In this document: piece by piece, positions 19,506 through 29,583 of the stretch
Layout: each line of letters begins with the position of its first letter
How positions within the stretch are numbered: the stretch's first letter is position 1
Assembly (NCBI GenBank): GCA_963713955.1
Contig: OY970216.1
Coordinates: 442,252-506,251, forward strand
Reading direction: 5' to 3'
DNA length: 64,000 bases
DNA from: an uncultured bacterium
GTDB taxonomy: Bacteria; Patescibacteriota; Minisyncoccia; UBA6257; GWB1-50-10
The notes under the pieces: generated by a model
Told to the model about the DNA's origin: nothing
Databases searched by the model: none
What the model saw: only the letters and a program-made list of their open reading frames with translations
Program-made: the position numbers and the translations under genes

Positions 19506-20060
19506 ATGAATTTAGTGACAATATTAATACTCATTCTCGTTTTGGTCGTTCTGTGGCTCATTTTCGCCTTCAATGGCCTTGTGCGAAGGAGAAACCGCGT
19601 CCAAGAAGCGTGGTCCGACATAGAGGTCCAATTGAAAAGGAGGTACGATTTAATACCCAATCTCGTTGAAACGGTGAAGGGCTATGCGACACACGAAAAG
19701 ACAGTCTTGGAAAACGTGACAAACGCTCGGGTTGCGGCCATGGGCGCCGTCGACCCGAAGGCGAAACTCGCGGCGAATGACCAGCTTTCAAATACTTTGA
19801 AATCGCTTTTCGCGGTCGCCGAAAATTACCCGAATCTCAAGGCGAACGAGAATTTCTTGAAATTGCAGGATGAATTGACCGACACCGAAGACAAGATCCA
19901 GGCAGCGAGGAGATTCTACAATGCGAACGTCAGGGATTTCAACACGGCAATCGAAGTGTTCCCGACGAACCTGATCGCGGGCGCGTTCCATTTCACGAGG
20001 CGGGAACTTTTCGACGTGGATAATCCCGCGGAAAAGGAACCGGTCAAAGTTCAATTTTAG
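19506..20060 (+). CDS. lemA: LemA family protein
   Basis: N-terminal TM; QLKRRYDLIPNLVETVKGY, AVAENYP.LKAN..F motifs. Confidence 0.96.
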   Translation: MNLVTILILILVLVVLWLIFAFNGLVRRRNRVQEAWSDIEVQLKRRYDLIPNLVETVKGYATHEKTVLENVTNARVAAMGAVDPKAKLAANDQLSNTLKSLFAVAENYPNLKANENFLKLQDELTDTEDKIQAARRFYNANVRDFNTAIEVFPTNLIAGAFHFTRRELFDVDNPAEKEPVKVQF

Positions 20061-20062
20061 GA

Positions 20063-20971
20063 ATGAAGACACTTTATACTGAAGCGTCATCCAATGTCAG
20101 GAAGACGTGGATTCTCCTCACGGGAGTTTTTGTTTTGATCATCGCTCTCGGGTGGATTTTCAGCCAGGTTTACGATTCGCCCGGCATTTTGGTCTTCGCC
20201 GTCATTTTGAGCATTGTTTTGAATGTTGTGAGCTACTGGTACTCCGACAAAATCGTTCTTGCAACGAGCGGCGCCAAGCAAATCCAAAAGCAGGAGAACC
20301 CGGAACTTTGGAGGATCGTCGAGAATCTCTCGATCGCCGCGGGCCTTCCGATGCCCAAGCTCTACGTCGTGCCGGTCGCGGCCCCCAACGCGTTCGCGAC
20401 GGGGCGCGATAAGGAACATGCGTCGGTCGCCGTGACGCAGGGTCTCCTTCAAATTATGAACAAGGACGAACTCGAAGGAGTTCTCGCCCACGAGCTGTCG
20501 CATGTGGGAAACAGGGATATGCTGGTTTCGACCGTCGTCGTCGTTCTCGTGGGGGTGATATCGGTCCTAGCTGATTGGTTTCTCCGGATGAGTTTCTGGG
20601 GCGGCAGGAGAAACGACCGGGAAGGAGAAGGAAATCTCTTGTTTTTTCTTGGTATCGTCGGAGCCATTCTCGCGCCGATTGCCGCAATGCTGATCCAACT
20701 TGCCATATCGAGGAAACGGGAGTCCTTGGCGGATGTTTCCGGAGCGCTTCTCACGCGCTATCCGCAAGGTTTGGCAAGCGCGCTGGAAAAGATAGAAAAA
20801 TATCCCTTCCCCACGGCAGGCGCGAGTTCGGCGACCGCCCACCTTTATTTCGCAAATCCTTTCAAAGCCGACGCGGGGAACTCCAAAAAGACTCCGTTTT
20901 TTGTTAAACTCTTTATGACCCATCCGCCCATCGAAGAGCGCATTAAGGTCTTGAGGCAGATGTCACTATGA
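20063..20971 (+). CDS. htpX: Zinc metalloprotease HtpX (M48)
   Basis: PNAFATGR, HELSH, THPP motifs; follows lemA. Confidence 0.95.
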   Translation: MKTLYTEASSNVRKTWILLTGVFVLIIALGWIFSQVYDSPGILVFAVILSIVLNVVSYWYSDKIVLATSGAKQIQKQENPELWRIVENLSIAAGLPMPKLYVVPVAAPNAFATGRDKEHASVAVTQGLLQIMNKDELEGVLAHELSHVGNRDMLVSTVVVVLVGVISVLADWFLRMSFWGGRRNDREGEGNLLFFLGIVGAILAPIAAMLIQLAISRKRESLADVSGALLTRYPQGLASALEKIEKYPFPTAGASSATAHLYFANPFKADAGNSKKTPFFVKLFMTHPPIEERIKVLRQMSL

Positions 20972-21660
20972 AATATAAATTCGGAAAAACGATCGTCATT
21001 GCCCTCGGAGGTTCGATTGTCTATCCCAAGGACATTGACATTTCTTTTCTCAAGAATTTCAAGAAGTTCATCGGGAAAGAAATCAAGAAGGGGAGAAAGT
21101 TCGTGATTGTCGTCGGGGGAGGACAACTCTGCCGACCCTTTCAAAGGGCGGCCGATGAAATCTCTTCTGTTACCGACGAAGACAAGGATTGGATCGGTAT
21201 CCATTCAACGCGCTTGAACGCCCAGCTTCTCCGGACCATTTTCAAGAAAGCGGCGGATCCCGTAGTTTTTGATAAGAGAAAGAAAATAAAGGTTCTGAAA
21301 CATCCCGTCACAGTGGCTTCCGGCTGGCGGCCGGGATGGTCGACTGACTTCGTTGCTGCCGCCATAGCGAAAGACCTGGGCACCGGAGAATTCGTGGTCG
21401 CCGGCAAGCCGGCGTTCGTTTATGATTCCGATCCGTCGCTCCACCGGCGGGCAAAACCGTTCCGTGAAATTGGTTGGAAGGATTATCGGCGGCTCATCCC
21501 CGAAAGATGGGTTCCCGGTTCCCACGCGCCCGTGGATCCCGTGGCCGCCAGGCTTTCACAGGGGGCCGACGTGAAAGCGATAGTGATAAACGGCCGTGAC
21601 ATCCGTAATTTCGGAAATCTCCTGGATGATAGGGAATTTGAAGGAACCGTGATAGGCTGA
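20968..21660 (+). CDS. pyrH: UMP kinase (archaeal-type)
   Basis: ALGGS, VVGGG, DWIGIHSTRLNA, PGWSTD motifs. Confidence 0.9.
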   Translation: MKYKFGKTIVIALGGSIVYPKDIDISFLKNFKKFIGKEIKKGRKFVIVVGGGQLCRPFQRAADEISSVTDEDKDWIGIHSTRLNAQLLRTIFKKAADPVVFDKRKKIKVLKHPVTVASGWRPGWSTDFVAAAIAKDLGTGEFVVAGKPAFVYDSDPSLHRRAKPFREIGWKDYRRLIPERWVPGSHAPVDPVAARLSQGADVKAIVINGRDIRNFGNLLDDREFEGTVIG

Positions 21661-21687
21661 TCCCGGATTTTACGCGGCTCTGTCTCT

Positions 21688-22077
21688 ATGAAAAGAAAAG
21701 CGGATGAATACATAAAATTTACCCTTGTCCTCCTCGTTATCATATTGGCGGCGCTCCTCGTCGCTTTTATCAAAGAATATTCCGATTTGAGAAAAGCGGA
21801 AGTTCTGGGTCCCCGGGAGGCTTTCCTCGGCGCCGTAAGCCGCCATGGCCCCTTCACGGTGAATGATCTCGGTATAATTCAAGGGTGGATGACGTTCGAC
21901 TACGTGAACAAGCTTTTCGGCTTGCCGTCCAACTACCTCAAATCCAATCTCAACATCTCGGATCCCCATTATCCCAGGCTTCTTATCTACCGATACGCCG
22001 AGAAGAATAAGATGGGTCTGCAATCTTTTCTCAATGAGGTGAGAAACTCAATTCGCAGTTATCTCGCAAACAAATAG
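21688..22077 (+). CDS. Hypothetical membrane-anchored protein
   Basis: N-terminal TM and WMTFDYVN motif; directly upstream of dedA. Confidence 0.7.
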   Translation: MKRKADEYIKFTLVLLVIILAALLVAFIKEYSDLRKAEVLGPREAFLGAVSRHGPFTVNDLGIIQGWMTFDYVNKLFGLPSNYLKSNLNISDPHYPRLLIYRYAEKNKMGLQSFLNEVRNSIRSYLANK

Positions 22078-22080
22078 ATA

Positions 22081-22680
22081 ATGGGATCAATACTGACTTT
22101 TCTTCTCTCTTATCTCCTTCTCTATAAGTACGCGGCACTTTTCTTGATAGTCTTCTCGTCGGCCATGATACTGCCCTTGCCGGTGACGGAGGTCATGCTC
22201 GCCGTGGGAGCGTTCGTCGGCCAAGGCTATTTCGACTTTATAATCTCCCTTACCGTCGCCCAAGTTGCCAACGTTTTGGGCGATCTCGTGGACTACGCGA
22301 TAGCCAGGAAATACGGTTATGGGGTTATCCATAAATTGAGACTAAATAGATCCCGTTTTTTTACAAAGTTGGAACAGGAAATGCAGGTGCACGCGAGATC
22401 GACCATTTTCGTGACTCGTTTCGCCGGAGGATTGGGACCCGTTGTCAATCTTCTCTCCGGAGCCATAGGGATATCTCTCCGAAAGTTCCTTGTTTACGAT
22501 TTTGCCGGTAACCTCGTTTACTACATCGCGGCGCTTTTGATCGGATACTGGGCCGGAAGTTATTGGGAGAACTTCTCGGAGCTCATGAGTCTCGTCGTGG
22601 GAATCTTAGTCGTCGTCGTCGTGATGATTGCTCTTTGGAGGATTTACAAAAGAATAAGATTGAACCACTCCAAACATTAG
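22081..22680 (+). CDS. DedA/VTT family membrane protein
   Basis: LPLP..ML..G, LGD...Y, RF and F..Y...G motifs. Confidence 0.9.
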   Translation: MGSILTFLLSYLLLYKYAALFLIVFSSAMILPLPVTEVMLAVGAFVGQGYFDFIISLTVAQVANVLGDLVDYAIARKYGYGVIHKLRLNRSRFFTKLEQEMQVHARSTIFVTRFAGGLGPVVNLLSGAIGISLRKFLVYDFAGNLVYYIAALLIGYWAGSYWENFSELMSLVVGILVVVVVMIALWRIYKRIRLNHSKH

Positions 22681-22760
22681 GAGACCCGGCAAGCCGAAAA
22701 AGTGTGCGCTCCGGGGCGCTAGCCCAAGTCTTACCCACTTTTTCGCCTCACCGGGCCTCC
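22680..22760 (+). repeat. Palindromic intergenic repeat family A, copy 2
   Basis: CGGCAAGCCGAAAAAGTGTGCGCTCCGGGGCGCTAGCCCAAGTCTTACCCACTTTTTCGCCTCACCG; lies between convergent genes. Confidence 0.9.
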
Positions 22761-22770
22761 TGTGGTAGAT

Positions 22771-23583
22771 TTAATCCTTTGAAAGCGTCAAGAGAAGCGG
22801 GTCGTGGTCCGAGAGCGGGGGATCCAGGTATTCCGGTTCATATTTCACGACCCTCAAGCCCATTTTATCGATGTTTCTGACGAGCATGTAATCGTATCTT
22901 TTGGGGAAACGTATCCTGTTTCGCCAATTGTCGACGTACGCGTTGCCGGGCCGGTAGGTCGGTTGCATTCGCTCGCCGTCCTCGAGTTTTATCGGGCTCG
23001 AGAATCCCGTCGTTTTGAAAAGCTCGGTGAATTCGTCTTCTCTCATGAGATAATCCTCGTTGAAATCTCCGGCGATTATCGTCGGCAGTTGGTCGCCGTT
23101 CGTTTTCATGATCATTTTCGTCGTCTGGATGAGACGGATCTTCCGGTCGAAGAAAACGGTCTCATGATGCATGTGAGTGTTCACTATTTTGAGATTACCG
23201 AGAGGAGTCTTAACCGTCACTTCGAGAAATCCTTTTCGTCCGAACGCCTCCGTTATCGTCGAATTCAAGAAGCGACCATAAGGGACAAAGCGGCTGCTTA
23301 CGACGGGGAATTTGGAAAAAACGACCAGTCCGCCGGTTACGTCGAACAATTTGATGAAAAGGATGCGCCGGTGGTCTTTCGCGTCGCCGGCGATTTGATA
23401 TTTGTCCTTGAGTTTGTCGCGCAGAAAGGCACGGTTATAGATATCAAAAGATTCCTGAAGGCAGACGATGTCGGCATCCGAGTTCCGCAGATACTCTGCG
23501 ATGCCAGCTACCCTCTTTTTTCTGTCCTTGACGAACCAGAACGGCAAATCCCAAATATTGAAGGTGATAATCTTTATTTGCAC
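22771..23583 (-). CDS. Endonuclease/exonuclease/phosphatase (sphingomyelinase-like) family protein
   Basis: TFN, LQE, NTH, AGDFN, YDY and SDH motifs. Confidence 0.9.
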   Translation of the reverse strand: MQIKIITFNIWDLPFWFVKDRKKRVAGIAEYLRNSDADIVCLQESFDIYNRAFLRDKLKDKYQIAGDAKDHRRILFIKLFDVTGGLVVFSKFPVVSSRFVPYGRFLNSTITEAFGRKGFLEVTVKTPLGNLKIVNTHMHHETVFFDRKIRLIQTTKMIMKTNGDQLPTIIAGDFNEDYLMREDEFTELFKTTGFSSPIKLEDGERMQPTYRPGNAYVDNWRNRIRFPKRYDYMLVRNIDKMGLRVVKYEPEYLDPPLSDHDPLLLTLSKD

Positions 23584-23654
23584 GTTACTCTATGGTAGAG
23601 AATACGCGCTGTTGAGTCAATCCGTTCCCGGTGATAGAATGGGTGTGCTCTCTT

Positions 23655-23739
23655 GGAGGGGTCGCATAGTGGCCTAGTGCGCGCGCTTGGAGAGCGCGTA
23701 TACCGCAAGGTATCGTGGGTTCGAATCCCACTCCCTCCG
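23655..23739 (+). tRNA. tRNA-Ser(GGA)
   Basis: GGAGGGG acceptor, CGCGC-TTGGAGA-GCGCG anticodon arm, long variable arm, GGTTCGAATCC. Confidence 0.95.
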
Positions 23740-23751
23740 CAAATCAAATAT

Positions 23752-24156
23752 TTAATTACTTTTAAGGTATCTTAGAAAAATATTCTTGATCTCTGTTCGA
23801 AAAGGAATGTTATCCAACACCGTGAGTGGTATCCATTCGAGATGATAAATGTTGTCGGGGGATTGCCGCTTTACCTCGGGACCGCCGAGCCTTGGCTCTC
23901 CCTTGAACGAATCAGCAATATAAAATGACTCGAGGGAGTCGTTGATTTTCAGAGAATCGATCTTCTTGCCTAAAATAATATCCAGTCCCGTTTCCTCCTT
24001 GATTTCGCGCACCGCGGTTTGCCCTTCGGTTTCTCCTGATTTCATTCCTCCGCCCGGCACGGCGTAGTATTCTTTCCCGTCCTTGAAGCGGTAGAGGAGA
24101 AGTATCCTGCCATGGTCGATGATGAATACGGCAACGCGGTGCCTCAGATGAGTCAT
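23752..24156 (-). CDS. NUDIX hydrolase
   Basis: PGGGMKSGE...AVREIKEETGL. Confidence 0.9.
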   Translation of the reverse strand: MTHLRHRVAVFIIDHGRILLLYRFKDGKEYYAVPGGGMKSGETEGQTAVREIKEETGLDIILGKKIDSLKINDSLESFYIADSFKGEPRLGGPEVKRQSPDNIYHLEWIPLTVLDNIPFRTEIKNIFLRYLKSN

Positions 24157-24816
24157 TTATTGAGTCTCTTGTTCAATGATCGGACGCATTTCTTGAAAAG
24201 TATCGGCGAAATGAATCAGATTAAGATCTCGAAGGTCATGGATAAGAAAATCTTCTTTTAGGGGATTGTTTTTTAGCCAATCCAATAACCCATCCCAATA
24301 TTTTTTATCCGTACAGATGATCGGGACTGTGTCTACGATGTCTGTCTGCATGAGGACGGCATATTCAAAAAGCTCATTAAGAGTACCGTATCCACCGGGG
24401 TAAAAAATAAGAGCTTCGCTCTTTATTGCCATGAGAAAGCGCCGCACGAAAAGAAAGTGAAACGAAAGATCGTGGGTGAAGATAGGATCTTCTACTCTCT
24501 CTCCCTTGAGAAGAAGAGCTCTCAAAGCGATCGAGGGGGCTCCTACTTGCATCCCACCGGAATTTGCGGCGTGCATGATACCTGGGCCCCCGCCACTCAA
24601 TATCGCATAATTGTTTTTCCCGAATTCCGCTCCGAGATTCTTCGCTTGTTGGTAATAGATGCTTTCAGGGGTAATGCGATGAGATCCGAAAAAAGTGACT
24701 ATGGGTTTGTCGACACTATTGAGTAAGGCAAGACCATTGTTAATTTCCTCTCGGACTTTTTCGACGGTCCAATCGACATTTCCGAAGTATTCTTTATTCT
24801 TATGCAGTCTACTCAT
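24157..24816 (-). CDS. LOG family protein (TIGR00730-like nucleotide phosphoribohydrolase)
   Basis: SGGGPGIMHAAN and PGGYGTLNELFE motifs. Confidence 0.9.
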   Translation of the reverse strand: MSRLHKNKEYFGNVDWTVEKVREEINNGLALLNSVDKPIVTFFGSHRITPESIYYQQAKNLGAEFGKNNYAILSGGGPGIMHAANSGGMQVGAPSIALRALLLKGERVEDPIFTHDLSFHFLFVRRFLMAIKSEALIFYPGGYGTLNELFEYAVLMQTDIVDTVPIICTDKKYWDGLLDWLKNNPLKEDFLIHDLRDLNLIHFADTFQEMRPIIEQETQ

Positions 24817-24843
24817 TTTATAACAAGTCTAGCATGAGTTCTG

Positions 24844-25317
24844 TTATTTGAGTTTTATCTCAATTCGCACGTCAATGCCCTCATCGCCAATCCTTTCGGT
24901 GCTGTTCAGCCACACTTTCTCCGGCACCGCTTTATATATGCGTCTTGGCCGCGAATCAAGGAAACGGCTCACGTCTCTCAAAGTTTTCTTCTTCCTCGTG
25001 TAGAGGAGATAAATCGCTCTCACCATCTCTTTAAGGTCGGTGACTACCGATGCCCGCGCTTGAACGTATACGCCTTCTCCCGTCCCTTCGGGCACGGTTG
25101 AATCATAGATCACGAGGAAAACGTCCGGCTTTTCGGTGATGTTCTTGCTGTGCTGGGCCGCGCGGGGCGAAACCCAATAAAAGGTGTAATTATTCTTATC
25201 GTAGGCGGAGTACACGGGGCTATTCCACGGCTTGCCTTCCGGAGTGACGGTCGCAATCGTGATATAGATTATTTTCTCTATGATCTCTTTCGCGCGTTTT
25301 ACCAATTCCTCCTGCAT
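24844..25317 (-). CDS. Pyridoxamine 5'-phosphate oxidase-like FMN-binding protein
   Basis: IATVTPEGKPWNSPV..YWVS...HSKNI; start taken at MQEEL. Confidence 0.85.
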   Translation of the reverse strand: MQEELVKRAKEIIEKIIYITIATVTPEGKPWNSPVYSAYDKNNYTFYWVSPRAAQHSKNITEKPDVFLVIYDSTVPEGTGEGVYVQARASVVTDLKEMVRAIYLLYTRKKKTLRDVSRFLDSRPRRIYKAVPEKVWLNSTERIGDEGIDVRIEIKLK

Positions 25318-25427
25318 GCGATAATTGTATCTCTTTAAACTTATCCTATCCAGGGAGCAATCGATCACTGTTTGATCTTTGACAGCGTGAAGCGTCCGGT
25401 GTATTTTATTTTCAATCGGCATTCTCA

Positions 25428-25727
25428 ATGAAAAAATATTCCATCGGAAAATCGAGGATACACGGTAAGGGAATCATTCTCTCTAAAGATGTTAAGAAAA
25501 ACGAGGCCATTTTTGTTTTCAAGGGAAAGGATATTTATTATTCTGGGGGGATCTGGTGGAAAGAACCGGACTCGCTCCAAGTAGGGTATATCCACTGGAT
25601 AAAGCCACTGGCCGGCTCTCCCGGAGCGTATCTGAACCATTCGTGTAATCCGACTGCCGGCATCCGCGGCAACAGGATTATCGTCGCGATGCAGCCTCTC
25701 AAGAAGTGTAAAGACCCCCAAAGTTAA
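25428..25727 (+). pseudogene. SET-domain protein truncated by an IS3 element
   Basis: SRIHGKG and YLNHSCNP motifs; stops at the IS left end before the expected GEEIT.DY motif. Confidence 0.8.
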
Positions 25728-26533
25728 GACACTTTTTCGACAAGTTTCTGGTAGCGATTCGAGAACAGTGCAGGCGGCATCCTGAGGGCGGAGTGGATTC
25801 TCCGGTGGTTGTAGTCCCAGACCAGGCGATGGATCTCGTAGACCAGCTCTCCCAGCGATTTGAACCTCTCCGGATCGCCCAGATCCACCTTGAACTGGGA
25901 GTAGAAGGACTCCTGGTAGCCGTTCTCCCATGGCGATGACTTCCTCGATCTCGATATCCTGACGCCGAGGTTCAAAAGAGCTCCGGTGAAGATCCTTGAG
26001 CCATACTCCCTTCCGTTGTCCGAGTGGAAGATGTTGGGTCTCGGATGATGTTCCGCCGCGGAGAAGAGTGCCTGGAGGACCAGAGGCACCGAGTGGGTAT
26101 TCATCACGGCCCAGCCCACGATCTCCCTCGCAAACAAATCCATCACGGTGGCGAGATACAGGAACTTCCCTTGGTACGGGATGTACGTGAAGTCCGCCAC
26201 CCAGATATCGTTCAATCCTTTGGGGAAGTTCTTCTGAAGGAGATTGGGATACAGGATACTCGAGAAGCCCGTTTTCCTTGGCCTTCTGCCCCTTCTCCGA
26301 TATGCCTTCATCCCGAAGAGCCTCATCACCCGTTGGGCTCTTTTTTTGTTGATCTTGAGCTCCAAAGCCACTCTTCTGAAGCCGTATGAAGGATGGTCTC
26401 TCAAGACTGATATGATCCTTTCCTTGAGCGACCAATCCTTGGGCGATTGTTTCGAGACATAGTAGAGGGAGGCGCGGGAGAGGCCGAGTTCACGGGCAAG
26501 TTCCCACTTCGTCTTCTTCTGCTTTTTGATCAA
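25724..26533 (-). CDS. IS3 transposase OrfB
   Basis: WVADFTY, FHSDNGREY, SPWENGYQESF; paralogue of 18158-18940. Confidence 0.93.
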   Translation of the reverse strand: MIKKQKKTKWELARELGLSRASLYYVSKQSPKDWSLKERIISVLRDHPSYGFRRVALELKINKKRAQRVMRLFGMKAYRRRGRRPRKTGFSSILYPNLLQKNFPKGLNDIWVADFTYIPYQGKFLYLATVMDLFAREIVGWAVMNTHSVPLVLQALFSAAEHHPRPNIFHSDNGREYGSRIFTGALLNLGVRISRSRKSSPWENGYQESFYSQFKVDLGDPERFKSLGELVYEIHRLVWDYNHRRIHSALRMPPALFSNRYQKLVEKVS

Positions 26534-26787
26534 CGCTTTTTTTGAGTGCGTGAGGAGGCCAGGGTGAGCTCGCCCACGAGGGCGAGGAGCTCTTCGTTCT
26601 GGCGCTTGAGGCGGACGAGTTCACCGATCGTGGGGGTGCCTTTCACGCCCCTTCCCAGCCAGTTGTATATGGTGGCGGGATTCAGACCGTGTTCCTTGGC
26701 GGCCTGGACGACCGGGATCCCTTCCTCCTTGATTCTCTTCAATATCTGCTCCTTCACCTCGGGAGCAGTGCGATATGTTTTCTTCAT
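26530..26787 (-). CDS. IS3 transposase OrfA
   Basis: HTH, leucine zipper, terminal CAAAAAAAG slippery site. Confidence 0.9.
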   Translation of the reverse strand: MKKTYRTAPEVKEQILKRIKEEGIPVVQAAKEHGLNPATIYNWLGRGVKGTPTIGELVRLKRQNEELLALVGELTLASSRTQKKR

Positions 26788-26842
26788 GACACAAGGGTAT
26801 ATTGACTTCGACCTTTGTGTCTAATATATGGGGGTCAGGCCA

Positions 26843-26898
26843 CTCCTTCGCTAAAGCTTCGGACGGGCACAGCGATACTGCGCTGATGCTGGCTGCCG
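26843..26898. repeat. att-like direct repeat of the tRNA-Gln 3' flank
   Basis: 44 bp identical to 29719-29762, then TGGCTGCCG matching the tRNA-Gln 3' end. Confidence 0.85.
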
Positions 26899-27063
26899 AG
26901 AGTCTATTCTCACCGGTATAGATTTATCCGCTTAAACTCTCACTTTTTATTTTATCACTCCGGTTCGAATTCCGGGCGGGTCGTCAAAAAAACAGAATCA
27001 CGTCTCAAGATGAATGCCTACGCGTTTTCAGTAAGGATATCTATTTTTTGATATAATTAACTT

Positions 27064-27354
27064 ATGAATAAAAAGGTATTATTAATTGTTTTAATAGTCG
27101 TGGTTTTGGCCCTAGCAGGGGGCGGTTACTACTATTGGAAAATAAAAATGCAAAAAGCCCCTGAGGCTTCAAAGCCCGCGGCGCAACAAGCAACGGAGGA
27201 TATTCAAAAAACAGTAACTGGTGTTGCAGCTGACGTTGGCAATAGCGTTTCGCCAAACGTAACAACGCCGATTGTCACTCCGACTCCACAAGACGCCAAT
27301 CCCTATAACAAAACCAATCCTTTTTCAAATTTAAAAACCAACCCTTTCCAATAA
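27064..27354 (+). CDS. Small membrane-anchored hypothetical protein
   Basis: N-terminal TM and NP-rich tail (NPY..NPF..NPF). Confidence 0.75.
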   Translation: MNKKVLLIVLIVVVLALAGGGYYYWKIKMQKAPEASKPAAQQATEDIQKTVTGVAADVGNSVSPNVTTPIVTPTPQDANPYNKTNPFSNLKTNPFQ

Positions 27355-27363
27355 ATAGAAACG

Positions 27364-29583
27364 ATGAATAAAAAAACTTTAAGCGTTCTCGTTATTATTT
27401 CCGGAATTTTAGTTTCTGGCGCAATAATCGGTTTTGCTAAGGCCCAAATAACAACGAATCAGTCGGTGCAAACTCAGCCACCGCAACCGCAGGAACAACA
27501 AACGCCAGAGAACATCCAATATCCCATAAAGGAATTGGGCAATTGCCAAAGCAAAGAAGATTGCAAGGTTTTTTGCGATGATTCCAAAAATTCCGATGCC
27601 TGTCTGGCTTTTGCCCAGCAAAATAATTTGATGAGTTCTGATGAAATAGTCACCGCCAAAAAATTTATGGATAACGGCATGGTCGGCCCGGGCGGCTGCA
27701 AGGGACAAACCGCATGCGATCAATACTGCGGCAACTCCGATCATTTGGAAGAATGCATCACTTTCGCCCAAAAAAATGGGATGATGTCAGCCCAGCAACT
27801 GCAAGATTCCCAAAAGGTTTTGGCGGCTATCAAGAACGGACTAAAACCTCCTGCTTGCGCCGGCCCTCAACAATGCAACGCATATTGCAGTAGCCCCGAC
27901 CATATGGAGGAGTGTATGACCTTTTCTTTGGCGGCTGGAATTGTACCGGACAATCAGAAAGCACAAATGCAAAAGACCTTGGATGCCATAAAACAAGGTG
28001 TAAAACCACCGGCTTGCCAACCAACCCCGCCGCCCGGTCAAATACAATCCAGCCAGTCCGGACAGAGTCTGCCGGCATGCGACACGTATTGCAGTAGCCC
28101 CGACCATATGGAGGAGTGTATGACCTTTTCTTTGGCGGCTGGTATGGTGTCGGACAATCAGAAGGCACAGGTACAGAAAACTTTGGATGCCATAAAGCAG
28201 GGCATCAAACCACCGGCTTGCCAACCTAACCCACCTGGCCAGTCCGGCAAACCCGGACAGCCTGGACAATCCAGTCAAACCAATCAATCCAGTCAATCTG
28301 GACAGGGACTGCAACCATGTGACCAATATTGCGCAGACCCCACTCACGTTGAAGAATGCGTGAAATTTTCCGTGGCAATGGGAAACATGACCGAACAGCA
28401 GGCGCAAACTGCCATAAAAAACGGCAACAAGGGTCCCGGCGGATGCATCGGTAAAGATGCCTGTGACGCTTTCTGTAATAATCCCGACAACCAAGAAACT
28501 TGTTTCAATTTTGCCAAAGACAACGGAATGGTCCCGCAAGACCAACTTCAACAAATGCAAGCTAGCCAGCAAAAGATGAAAGATTCTTTCAGTCAGATAC
28601 CTGCGGAGGTTCTAACTTGCATAACGAACTCGGCGGGTGCCGATGTAGTTGAGGAGATGAAAAGCGGTTCGTTTATACCCAGCCAAAGCGGTGAAGCCAT
28701 AAACCAGTGTTTTCGGAATTATGCTCCGCAGAACCAAGTACCGAATCAAAATCAGCCTGGACAGCCAGGGCAAGGCGGCCCGAATAATATGCCCGGAGAT
28801 TTAAGGGATTGCCTTCAATCTCAAGTTGGCGAAGATGGTCTGGCGAAAATTCAATCAGGAAATGTTGATGACCCCGTTTTAATGGAAAAAGCAAAAACTT
28901 GCTTTGATAAATACGGCCAGCCTGGTCAATCTAATCAACCGATGAATCCAGGACAGCCTAACCAGTCGGGACAATCCGGTTCAATGCAACCAATGATGCC
29001 CGGTGTTCAGTTTGCTTCGGGAACCGGTCCGAATGTGCCGTCATCTCCCCAGCAGGGAGTCATGTCGTCCGGAACCCAATTTGCTCCCCGTACAGGACCG
29101 AGTATGCCGCCGCCAAATTTTCAAAATAATTTTCCCGGCGGACCGGCAAGCGGCACAACTATTGTGGGACCAGGCGGTTGCAAGACTCCCCAAGAATGCG
29201 CGGCGTTCTGCGCTAGCAATCCTCAAATCTGCAACAATTTCCAGCCGCCATCTTCCGGGCAGCAGGGGCAAATGCAGCCGATGATGCCTCCGCAAGGAAT
29301 GAAGTCTGGCACAGAGTTCGCTTCCGGAACCAGTCCGAATATGCCACCGCAGGAAGGAATGCCCCTGAATCCGACAACGCCGCTCAATGAGACGAAATCT
29401 CCTCCCGGAGGAACGCAGCCTCAGTCCGGAACGCAAGAGATGATACCGCAAGGCGGAATGCAGCCATTCGTGTCTCCGCCTCCTCCGCCTGCGCCCGGAA
29501 CTACATCGACCACATCTGGCTTGCAGAACCAAGAATTCCTCGGGGCATTGATTGAATTGTTCCGGCCCGTATTCGGCCTCTAA
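27364..29583 (+). CDS. Secreted Cys-repeat, Gln/Pro-rich protein
   Basis: Signal peptide; repeated (GPGG/PPA)C..C..(Y/F)C....H.EEC..F units; QPGQ low-complexity tracts; internal DNA duplication. Confidence 0.85.
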   Translation: MNKKTLSVLVIISGILVSGAIIGFAKAQITTNQSVQTQPPQPQEQQTPENIQYPIKELGNCQSKEDCKVFCDDSKNSDACLAFAQQNNLMSSDEIVTAKKFMDNGMVGPGGCKGQTACDQYCGNSDHLEECITFAQKNGMMSAQQLQDSQKVLAAIKNGLKPPACAGPQQCNAYCSSPDHMEECMTFSLAAGIVPDNQKAQMQKTLDAIKQGVKPPACQPTPPPGQIQSSQSGQSLPACDTYCSSPDHMEECMTFSLAAGMVSDNQKAQVQKTLDAIKQGIKPPACQPNPPGQSGKPGQPGQSSQTNQSSQSGQGLQPCDQYCADPTHVEECVKFSVAMGNMTEQQAQTAIKNGNKGPGGCIGKDACDAFCNNPDNQETCFNFAKDNGMVPQDQLQQMQASQQKMKDSFSQIPAEVLTCITNSAGADVVEEMKSGSFIPSQSGEAINQCFRNYAPQNQVPNQNQPGQPGQGGPNNMPGDLRDCLQSQVGEDGLAKIQSGNVDDPVLMEKAKTCFDKYGQPGQSNQPMNPGQPNQSGQSGSMQPMMPGVQFASGTGPNVPSSPQQGVMSSGTQFAPRTGPSMPPPNFQNNFPGGPASGTTIVGPGGCKTPQECAAFCASNPQICNNFQPPSSGQQGQMQPMMPPQGMKSGTEFASGTSPNMPPQEGMPLNPTTPLNETKSPPGGTQPQSGTQEMIPQGGMQPFVSPPPPPAPGTTSTTSGLQNQEFLGALIELFRPVFGL

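Larger units (their letters stand above)
25707..26842 (-). mobile_element. IS3-family insertion sequence 2
   Basis: TG..CA ends, 25-nt IRs (TGTAAAGACCCCC..AGACA / TGGCCTGACCCCC..AGACA), orfA/orfB with A7G; no target duplication. Confidence 0.92.

Noticed and set aside
18096-26842. Composite transposon formed by the two IS3 copies
   Set aside because: The copies have different IRs and diverged transposases, there is no flanking duplication, and the enclosed genes are housekeeping
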